Shown here in pieces: positions 22,760 through 32,702 of a DNA stretch of 64,000 nucleotides. The DNA is from Vitrella brassicaformis CCMP3155 (taxonomy: Eukaryota; Protista; Chromerida), in the NCBI GenBank assembly GCA_001179505.1, contig CDMY01000425.1:15010-79009 (forward strand). Direction: 5' to 3'. How positions within the stretch are numbered: position 1 is the stretch's first letter; every line of letters begins with the position of its first letter. The translations under genes and the position numbers were made by a program. Under the pieces are notes generated by a model that saw only the letters and a program-made list of their open reading frames with translations, searched no databases and was not told where the DNA came from.

Positions 22760-24543
22760 TCACACTACTCTATCTACGGGCTCGGTCACTTGCCAAGCCA
22801 TCATCTCCCCTTCCCCTCCCTCCCTCATGACGATGTGATAGTTCCTCTCCCTATATCTGCCGGGCAGCCTCTTCCTCGACAGCGTCGTGTCCATGTGCAG
22901 ATGCTTCCGCAGAAGAATGTGCGGGGGCAGCTGCAGGGCATCGGGGTCGGCCGTGATGATTTCGCTACTGCCGTTGTGGCTGTGGGTGTGGGGGAAGGAC
23001 TCATGTCTGCCTTGGGCGATCATCTCGAGCAGCGCGCAGTAGCAGGCGGGCGTGTAGTGGTGCGGGAACCTCGGCAGAGCCGCCAGCTCCTGAAACGGAC
23101 ACCACAGACAGACAGACAGACAGACAGAAAGCAGGCACATGCGAACACCCGTGTGTGTGAGTATCTGTGCAATCAATCAACTATATATACCGCATGCGAG
23201 ACCTGCCCCTTGAGGACGGCGATTATAGCCTTGGCCTGCACCTCCATGCAGAAGAAGAACCCGCCGGTCCCAAATGGCAGCCCCACGAAGAACAGGCTGG
23301 CTGGGTGGCTCTTGTGGAACACGTGCAGGTGGAGGGCGTCAAACAGGCACTGTGGGTCATCCGCTGTGCCCGACGGGATCAGCCCGCTCCCGGGAGCGAA
23401 GAACGGGAAATCTGAATGTCGTACGTACAACACAACACCACAATAAATAATAGTGTGCCGTGCCGCAGTGGCCTGCTCGTTTGTACCCACCATACCGTAT
23501 GTGTATCCCGTCGCCCATATGACGGCATCGATTGTGTCGGTGCTGGTGACCAGCCGCCCGTCGCTCCCCACGCTGATGTACCGGCCGTCCTCCTCGACAC
23601 CTTCAGTGCGGCCCACCAAACGCACGTTGGCTGGCAGCTTGGCCGCTAGGTCAGCCGCTGTGTCGGCGTCTGTGAATTGCGTGCCCGACCACACAACGGT
23701 AGTCGCGACGCTGCTGAGCTCCCACACCAAATCTGCCACACACGAGAGGAGGGACAGGGAAAGAACGACCTAGATGGACAGGCGCCTCTGATATGACTGT
23801 GGGAGGTTCATTCACGTATGGGCGTACCCGATCCCGACCAGCTGCCGCCGACCACAAGCACCCGCTGGTTGGCGTATGCTGACGGCTCGCGGTAGTATTT
23901 CGAGTGCGTAGACGGCCCACGAAACCCCATCTTTATCAGTCTCGGATACCGCGGCTTGTTGTAACGCCCATTCGCCACCACTAGAGCGTCGTACAGCCGC
24001 TCCTCGCCGTTGATCCGCCAGCCGCCCTCCACCGCTGCGCCTTCCCTGCCAGCTGCCACGTACTCGGCTGAGTGGACAGTCGTGTTGAAGGCAATCGAGT
24101 CACGGAGGGCGAAGCGGTCGGCGTATGCCTGCAGGTAGCTGAGCACGTCTGTGTGCTTGATGAAGGAGGGCAGGGATGGGTCGAAGGGGACGTCGCTGAA
24201 GCCCATGATCTCCTTGGGTATGTTGGTGCTAAGCGAATCATACATGACCGAGCGGTCGCCGTACACCCATATGCCGCCGACCTGACCCAATGACTCCAAG
24301 ACGCGCACAGCGAAGCCGGCGTCACGGAGATGCCGGGCTGCCACAAGCCCACCTGCAACAGGCAAAGAAAGATACAGACAACACGACACGGGCAGACAAA
24401 CAATTCCAGAGCATACCTGCTCCGGCGCCAATCACGGCGACACTCTTCCGATGGTCAATCACATCAATGGATTGGGCCACAAGGGCAAGAATTGAATGCC
24501 TCGCAGAAGCGGCGGTTTGGCTCGTGCGCTCCTCCTCTTCCAT
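22760..24543 (-). CDS. Flavin-containing monooxygenase (FMO, class B)
   Basis: VAVIGAGAG|G FAD motif, GGIW, MYDSLSTNIPKEIMGF, FRGPSTHSKYY (FxGxxxHxxxY), VLVVGGSWSG, IWATGY. Confidence 0.9.
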
Positions 24544-24550
24544 TTCCCCA

Positions 24551-24558
24551 TGCGAGCT
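24551..24558. promoter_or_regulatory. TGCGAGCT motif within the 50-bp interval between the FMO and GLYK start codons
   Basis: Exact 8-mer. Confidence 0.45.
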
Positions 24559-24593
24559 CAAAGAAAGAAGGTGGCGGAAGCTTCTGCGTAAAG

Positions 24594-26520
24594 ATGCTGT
24601 GGTTCGCCGGGCTGGCCTTGCTCGCAGCGTGCATCCGGTGCGCTTCGACGGAAGTTCGGCCTTCTTTCACGCCTCCGAGCAGACCCTCCAGGATTGGGAA
24701 ATCGATGGGACACCAAAGCCCTGAGATCCGAGGTGAGGGAAAGATGGATGCCTTCATCGTACGCGTCAGTCATTGGCATCTCTTTCTTGTGGTCCACCAG
24801 GCACACCGTTCCCTGGCAAGATGGATGCTGCGTTTGGTTGGCTGATGGAGGACCACGACACGGCTCCCAAACCATATGCCTATCGGCGGCTGACGAGATC
24901 CAGATCGAGCACCATCGACACTGTCGCTGAGCCGCTCAACACGTACAGCAGCACCGCCGTGCGGTCGTACATTGAGGAGGGCCCTCTGTTCCACCTCGTC
25001 GCCCCAACGGTCGGTTCCCTGACCGATGAGCTGCCGCAGTGGATGGACAGGGGCAAGCTGCTGTCAGACGACCTGGGCTACGAGTGGTCGGCCCTGTCGA
25101 CCGCCCAGGCAGCCCGCATATTCCACTACTACCTACCGGTCTATTTTTGGATCCACAGCTTCTGCAAGCGCAAGAGGGAGGCGGGTGGATTGCAGATGAC
25201 GGCGGCTCCAGCGGCCCCGGCCCCTTCAGGTGGGGATGTCGGGACGGCAGGCCGGCCGATGAAGGGCGAGGGGGCCCTTTTGGTGGGCTTCAGTGCGCCG
25301 CAGGGGTGCGGCAAGACCACACTCGTCACGTTCCTCAAGGTCAGTCGGTCAACAGACAGACGAACAGGCATAAAATGAGAGCGAGTGGCACTCACTCTTT
25401 GTTTGTTGTGTATCTATCTATCTTGTGTGTTGGCACCAGACTCTCTTCGAGCAGGAGGGCCTCACGTGCACTGTCGTCTCCATCGACGACTTCTACCTCA
25501 CTGGCGAGGAGCAGGAGCAGCTCGCCAGAGCATACCCCGACAACCCACTTCTCAGGTACTTACGCAATCGCACACGCCGGCCACACGCAGCTCAGCTCAC
25601 ACCGATCCACTCCTTCCTCTTGTCTGTCTGTCTGACGTGCAGGTATCGCGGCAATGCGGGCAGCCACGATCTGCCGCTGGGTCGAGACACTCTCATGCGG
25701 CTGCAGAGCGCCAAGAAGGGCACGAGTGTGGCCGTCCCTCGCTACGACAAGTCGCTACGTGAAGGCAGGGGCGACCGGGCCCCTCAGGGGCAGTGGCCGA
25801 CAGTCGAGGGGCCGGTGGACGTGGTGCTCTGTGAGGGCTGGATGTTCGGATTTCCGCCGCTGAGTGACGACGACCCAGCTCTCGACGGCGACCCCAACCT
25901 CCAACTCGTCAACAGGTGCGGTGCACGGGGGGCCTCTTGTGAGTGGTGGCATGGGTCACCTACCTTTCGCTAAAAGGGAATGGCCCCTCTTGTGTGTGCT
26001 GCCTGTCTTTGTGTGTCGTTCAGACTACTGCGAGGCTATGAGCAGTGGGACGAGCTGATGGATGCGTGGATTGCCATCCAGGTAGTCAGTCATATGACTC
26101 AAACAAAGGCAGCCATACGCACGAGCCGTCTCAGACAGCGTTGTGTGTGCTGTGTGTTGGTGTCATCAGATCGGCGATCCCAAGTGGGTTTACGACTGGC
26201 GGCTGGAGCAAGAGCAGTAAGACAAGGGCACCACACACGGCAGGCATGCATCTCGCCCACCTGTCTGTCTGTGTCTTCATTATTCCCTCAGGGCGATGAA
26301 GAGCTCCGGCAAGCCCGGCATGACCGACCAGCAGGTGGGCGACTTCGTCGACCGGTTCATGCCAGCGTATCGCGCCTACCTGCCTCACGTCTACTCCAAC
26401 GGCTGGAAGGCCGACAGGCCCGTGCTGCGCGTGCAGATCGACAAGTCGAGGTCGCCCATCCCCCTGGCAGACACTCCCACCCCCCAGCTGCTCAAACAGT
26501 ACTTTAACAAAGAGGTGTGA
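24594..26520 (+). CDS. GLYK: Plant/yeast-type D-glycerate 3-kinase with an N-terminal signal peptide plus transit-like leader
   Basis: GFSAPQGCGKTT P-loop, SIDDFYLT, RGNAGSHD, PRYDKS, EGWMFGF, FVDRFMPAY. First exon MLWFAGLALLAACIRCAST... splices in frame. Confidence 0.88.
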
Positions 26521-27411
26521 GCGTGTGACGGGTGGGAGGGAGGGAGGGAGGGAGGGAGGGGTGGGTGGTGAGTTTGTTGATGGGTGGGAAAAAAAAGAGA
26601 GAGAGAGAGAGAGAGGGGCGCTGAGCTTTTCGCTAGAGGCGGCGAGGCGTGGCACCTATCTATTGTCTTGTTGTTGTACAGCAAAGGCTGTGATCTTTCT
26701 GGTGAATGCAACATTTTGAATCGATCAGCGACTTCATAATTCATTCAGTGCCGATTCGTGTGTGGATGAATGTGATGTGGAGGGGCCTCGCCGCGCATAC
26801 AGGCGGGACACGTAGTGTACAGTAGCAAAGAAGGTGAGGAGTGTTTTTGAGTCTCTCAGCAAGGACAGAGAGCGATTTTTTGTGTAGGCTGTTGACTGAT
26901 TGATTGCTGACCGACACGGATGGACGGACAGTTGATCGATACCTTCCACACTTGAAGTGCTGATATCCCCCTCCCGGGCAGCTTATTCCTGTTGATGCAG
27001 ACAATCCTTTCTCACGTAAAGTATTGCATTGAAACGGAAGCAGACATGGCAGTGCAGTGCAGTCGTAGGCAATGTATCGTCACCTGCCTCTCTCCCACGG
27101 CACACCCCAGCGCAGTAAGGGAGAAAAATTGGGGGAAAAGACGCTTGAACAAATGGTGCATGAAGCGGAGCAAAAATACTCATCCATCCATCCATGCATC
27201 CCGTGCTTATACACACGTGTGGGTACAAGTGCAGTGTGTGCCATGCCGAGTGTAAGTATACGAACAGACGAGCTGCTTCGCCCGTGCCATCCACTGACGA
27301 TCAATCAATCACTCCACCCACCACCACCACCCACCGACCCCCCCACACACACCGCGCCCACGCCCCTTTTGCTGGTCCCTATATCTCTTGTTTTCTCTCT
27401 CATCCCCCGTC

Positions 27412-28565
27412 TCATGCCAGCTGCTCGCTCCCCACCCTCTGGCGGCCCATGACGCCCGCCCCGCCGCCCCCAAGCCCTATGGCAGAGTTCCTCCGCTGCA
27501 CGGCAAGGGAGCCGGCAGAGTTGCGGCGGCCTTGCGCCCCAATGGCCAGCATGCTGGCGCGGCGCTGCTTTGTTGTGATGCCAGCGGGGTCCAGGTTGTC
27601 GTGGGACGTCTGGATGCCGTACTGTTTCTCCAAATATTCACTGACAGACAAGACACGTACAGGGATGAGATGGGATGCCGGGGGGAAGAGAGGGAAGGGA
27701 AGGGAGGGGGGAGACACGAGTGACGGATGGGAGGCGGTGTGTAGGGTGTGTGTGTGTTTGGTGTGTGGACTGGACGTACTCGAAGTCTCCTGACTCTTGG
27801 TGGCGCACGTATTCCTTCTCCTTCATCTCGACCTCGCGGCCCTTGAGCTTGCCGCTGAAAGGAAGGCAAGACAGACAGATATTGGAAGGACCATTGACTG
27901 CATCGATTTGATGATCCCCGCTAAAGGTTGCTCACTCACCACTCTGCCATCTTGATGAGGTCCCTCTCGTCCTTCTTTCTCAGCGTCTTCTCGGCACACA
28001 GGGCCACAGAGCTCTGAAACACACGTCACGCCCACATACAGACAGAGAGAGAGAGAGAGATGAAATGTCTCGTCACACACGGGCAAAATGCTCACCTCGA
28101 ATCTCAGTTCCGCAGCGTCATAGTCGGCAGAGTACCTAGCCTTCCTAACCCGCTCCTCCATATTCTTCTGCACATTGATGTACTCCACACTGCCCCGCCG
28201 TCGATGGGGGTGATCGTGGGGGTGTGCCTCGCCCTCCCTCTGGAACGACATGAAGGCGCCGCTCTCGTCATCATCGGCCACCACGGCGGGCGAGGGCTGG
28301 TCGACGCTCGTCAGGTCGTCGATGGAGGCACCCACCAGGACACCCACCTTCGCAAGCTGTCTCAGACAGACAGACAGACAGCCACCACAGTCCGTCCTCC
28401 TGGGCGTGGCTGTCTTTTGGCTGTCTAGTGGTTTACGTTTGTGTGGTGTGCGTCACTGGATGCCCCGAACTTGAAGAGGTGCTCGGGGTTGGCCTTGGGG
28501 CTCTCGGGGCTGCCTCCCAGCGCCTTCTTGTCCTCCGTGCCTTTCGCTTCCTTCTTGACTGGCAT
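27412..28565 (-). CDS. Hypothetical hydrophilic protein with four RRxS motifs
   Basis: Several GT-AG-bounded exons with a continuous reading (MPVKKEAKG..., RRRGSVEY, KKDERDLIKM, RRASML..RRNS..RRNS); no domain recognised. Confidence 0.55.
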
Positions 28566-28641
28566 GATGGCTCAAACAGTCGCAGAGAAAGGGGTCAAGA
28601 CAGGTTAAGGGTACGGCAGAGCGGACTTCTTCCTGTCTTCC

Positions 28642-28666
28642 TGCGAGCTTGGAATCTTAGCTCGCG
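28642..28666. promoter_or_regulatory. Spaced palindrome TGCGAGCT-TGGAATCTT-AGCTCGCG in a 138-bp divergent promoter
   Basis: GCGAGCT N9 AGCTCGC; first 13 bp identical to the copy at 15774. Confidence 0.55.
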
Positions 28667-28703
28667 TGGATCGGCCTCCTTCCGATGCGTTCTGATACTG
28701 ATC

Positions 28704-30389
28704 ATGAGAGATCTCGGCTTCTACGAAACGCTGCAGGCGTCGATGGGTCTCGTCATCAATGTTGGCGTCGTGTTGGAGTCGCCTGAACCCATCACGCCAT
28801 CTGCACTCACGGATGCGCTACGCAAAGCAGGTAGCACGAGCCAGCAGACCAGCCTGCCTGTCCATCTGTGTGAGTCTTTGCACACAGGTGAGCGCCACCC
28901 GTTCTTCCGGGCCCGTTTGATCAAGGGTGAGGACAGCAAGTGGCGGCTGGAGGAGAGGGATGCTGCAATGCCGCTTGAAGAATGCACCCATGAAAGCGGC
29001 AGGCCCGTGGGTCGGGAGGAGTGGCAGGCCCAATTCCTTCGCTTCGCCGCACTTGTCAAGGGTGGGTGACCAGAGAGCAGATGGTCAAGGTGGTGACGTT
29101 GGCGACTTATGTGCATGTGGCATGCTCTTTGGTTGGCAGATTTCTCGGCCTCAACGGTGTTCGCGCAGCTGTGGACCTCGCGCAGCGAATCGTCGCTGAT
29201 CAGCTGCATTTTCCTATCCATTCACCACTGCTGTAAGTTGGCCACCCATCACCACACCTGGGCAACCTTACCTTGTTGTGGTATGTTTCGTCACCTCAGG
29301 TATTGACGGTCCCGGTGCCTTCGCGGCGATGCACGACCTTCTCTCCTTCCTCTCTGACCCCTCGCGTCCTGTGACGCCACTGCCGCTCCGCGACCCATGT
29401 GCAGATTTGCCGATCGGCAAGATCCTCTCGCTCGACCCGCCGCCCGTCGCCGTCCTGATGGCGGAACCTCAGATGGCTGCCAAGTGTGAGGCCCCGCTGG
29501 CGGCCGATCAGATGGACGTCGCTACCATGTCCGACGATGAGAAGGCAATCAAGGGCAAGTTCATCGCGTTCACACCAGAGGTGCGCAGGGTGGAGTGGGG
29601 GATGAGAAGGCGTGGCTGCATTGACGGTGGGGGGGCTGTCTGTCTGTCTGTCTGTCTGTCAGGAGACGACTGAGCTGCTGCAGCGGGCGAGGAAGCACGC
29701 GGCGTCTGTCCAGGCCCTTCTGACGGTGGTTGGTCTCATTTCCGTGCACAAAGCCAACCGAGCGATGACTGAGGCAGACCCAGCAGCAGTGAAGCCGACC
29801 AAGGCAGTGGCTATGCTGGCGTATCAGGTGAGAAGACGAAACAAGGCGCAGATGCACTCTGTCGACGTGTGGCGTCGTTCCTTGTGTGCAGATGCGCCCT
29901 CTGCTGACTTATGACCCTCCAGTCACTTCAGACGAGTGCATTGTCGGCGGTGGGGGCCTCTGGGTGTCGATCGACCTGGCTGACGAGTCCGCTTCTCTGT
30001 GGCATCTCGCGGCCGACGTCAAGCGGCAAATCCAAAGCGAGACCGACAGCGATGGTCCATTGCGGTTCTTCCGCCTGTTATTGAACCAGGACCCCTTCCC
30101 AAAGACGACTCTCTTTGCCTCATCGATCGGCAAGACGCCTGTCGAGGGCACATACGGCCCCCTGACTGTGCGGGACGCCCTCTTTGTGGGCGGCGCTAAC
30201 ATTCGTGAACACGCGAGACCTAACGTGGCTTTACATGCGTTTGCGGCGGGTGGGCGGATGCACGTGACGGTCAGCTATGGGCCTGGCTATGGAAAGGAGA
30301 GAATAGCGAGTTTTGCGAGGTGCGTCGAGGGGGCTCTGAGGGCGTGCATGGAGGGCGATGGGGTCAGAGTGGCTGATGTGACGTTTTGA
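28704..30389 (+). CDS. CoA-dependent acyltransferase of the condensation/PapA5/alcohol-acetyltransferase superfamily
   Basis: RHPFFRARL near the N-terminus; splicing across the intron near 29231-29300 gives the HHCCIDG (HxxxDG) motif; C-terminal ASSIG and VTVSY segments. Confidence 0.72.
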
Positions 30390-30661
30390 TTGATTCATTG
30401 AGTGAGTGGTGGTGGTGGTGCTGATTGGGTTGTGTGGTGGACGTGTTCCATTTGCTGTATGTACAATTGATTGATTGTTCAATGATGACGTGAGTATGCG
30501 ACACCTGTCCTGAATTCTGCACAGCCACACACAGCCACATCATGTCTATTCACATTCTGCCAGACCCACATCACACAGACGGAGGGCCGTATTCTACCTA
30601 CAGACACATACACACGCCCTCAATTAACTAATTCCCCCTGCCTCTCTCCCCCCCTCTCTGT

Positions 30662-32408
30662 CTACACGTCCGCCCCAAATAAGGATTGTGCAGCGTCCTG
30701 GCTGCTCGCACTGGTGTTGCTTTCGTCCTCCCCTCCCCCTTCCGCCCTCGTGTCGCTGTCGCCATCCTCACTCACTCGCAACGCGTTGCTCACCGAGAAC
30801 AGCACCGCACCCACCACCGACACAGCCAGCCCCAGCAGATACACCGGAGTGATGGTCACGTCGGGGAAAAGGGCCATGCCCGAGAGGTCGGCTGAGATGT
30901 TCTTGACATTGGATGTGACAGTCACGGTGAGGGGGGAGGTGTACTGGTTGGCGACCATCGATGAGAAGACCAGGAGGGCCCCCAGCAGAAGGGCGAAGCA
31001 GAAACACAGCTCGAACTCCACGGAGCGAGGCGTGAGGGTGGTCGTGAAGAAGTGTAATGCGTTGGCGACGTCCCCAGTGACCATGACCCATAGCATAAGG
31101 AGGGGCAGGAAGGTGAGGGACTGGTATATCATCAGGCTGTACACCTCCCCCGCCGGGCCGCCCTGCTTTGCCTTTGGACGGGGGTGGGGGATGGCCTCGA
31201 GGTCACGCTTCATCTCCACCAGGTATGCCGCCGCAAAGACGTTGGATAGGAGCACGAAGCACACGCCCTCGAACGTCAGATACCTGCATACGTACAAAGA
31301 AAGAGTGAGTGACAATGATGGATGACGAGACGAGTGGGTGCGGATGTCTGTGTGCGGTGCGGTATGTCCACACATGTCGTTCCAACTCGCGACGAAGGCC
31401 CCAACTACCTGCAAGGCAAGCAGTGGACGGACGGACGCAAACAGACACAAGAGTGACCAACACAGAGAGAGTGGTACAGCGTGCAGTGCAGTGCAGTGGC
31501 CAAACACTGCCTGCCCTGCGTGTGCATTGAATTCAGTCAGTACTTGCAGAACGACGGAAATGGTCACGGTGGCTGTGGGTGTCCAGCCAAATCCCAAGTA
31601 CTCGAACATAAGGGTGAACACCGTCCCCACCCGCAGAAGCGCGCTATTCGTCGGGATGTTCAGATAGGCCAGGCCGGCTAGGCCAGTGATAATGCGCAAA
31701 AAGTTGTAGAGCGACAGGGGCAGAACCTGACAGCAGGCAACGCAGCGCAGCGGCAAACACCACACCCAGACAGATGACTACACTGCTCGCCCATTCACTC
31801 ACTCACTCAGTGTGTAGACGCCCAGCCCACCTGCCATGCCCGCTTATATTCCCATTGGGGGTAGTCGATGAGCTTGAGGGCCTTGAGGCCTTCCAGCACC
31901 GCTATGCTCAGCACGTTCTGGCACAGCAGCAGCACGTTGATGAAGCGGAAGTGGAACGTAGTCAAAACCGCCCTGCCAACACGAACAGACAGACAGACAG
32001 ACGCCCACACTCCCTCACTCCCACACGTCAGCGGCAGGGGCAGCACATCAGTGCACCAGATCAGTCCATCCATCTCCCTCTCACTTGTTGAACAGGGTCA
32101 TCCCAAGCGACACTCCGAAATAAAGCAGGTTGGCCTGCCATAGGCCACACATGCATATGCCATACTGCATTCATTGTCGATGCAGGTGCGTATAGCGTGT
32201 GGCTCACCAAGAACTTTGCCCAGAGGCTGTGTGTGCGCCGTTTGTGGTCATCAGGGACCTTGAGGCAGAACTCCTTCTCCTCATCTTCGTTCTTCTGCGG
32301 CGCGGACTCCCTCTCGGGAGCGGCTGTCGAATCGGCGGGTGGGGGGTGCTCGGACGACAGATCGATGTCCTCATATGAGGCGACGCCGGCCTGTTCGCGT
32401 CTATCCAT
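30662..32408 (-). CDS. Nucleotide-sugar transporter, SLC35D/TPT-like (DMT superfamily)
   Basis: AVLTTFHFRFINVLLLCQ, LAYLNIPTNSALLR, SNVFAAAYLV, YTSPLTVTVTSNVKNI, with multiple transmembrane helices. Confidence 0.85.
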
Positions 32409-32464
32409 TGCTATCCATCTCAACGAACGAACATCTCAAAGCGGTATTTACAATTGGTGATTTA

Positions 32465-32532
32465 GGGTCGATAATAAACGTTTCAAATGAGGCGAGCTGG
32501 GTCGATAATAAACGTTTCAAATGAGGCGAGCT
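32465..32532. repeat. Perfect tandem duplication of a 34-bp unit (GGGTCGATAATAAACGTTTCAAATGAGGCGAGCT x2)
   Basis: Units at 32465-32498 and 32499-32532, inside a divergent promoter. Confidence 0.95.
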
Positions 32533-32702
32533 GGTGAATGTACGAGGTGAGGCCCTGTAGCTGCATACTTTGCTGCCCACGCGCCTCGCTTCTTGATGGA
32601 CTCCTCGTGCCGATGCGCGTTTTCTTGAGTTAACCCCGTGCCCACCCCCCAGCCCACCCCCGCCTCGCTGCGTTCTGTACAGCTGCCGTAGACGCCTAAA
32701 GG

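Noticed and set aside
30482-30513. ATGATGA...CTGA resembling C/D snoRNA boxes
   Set aside because: The boxes span only about 32 nt, too short for a snoRNA, and lie in a 3' flank.
32465-32534. 34-bp direct repeat as a CRISPR-like array
   Set aside because: Only two adjacent units with no spacer, no cas genes, and a eukaryotic context.
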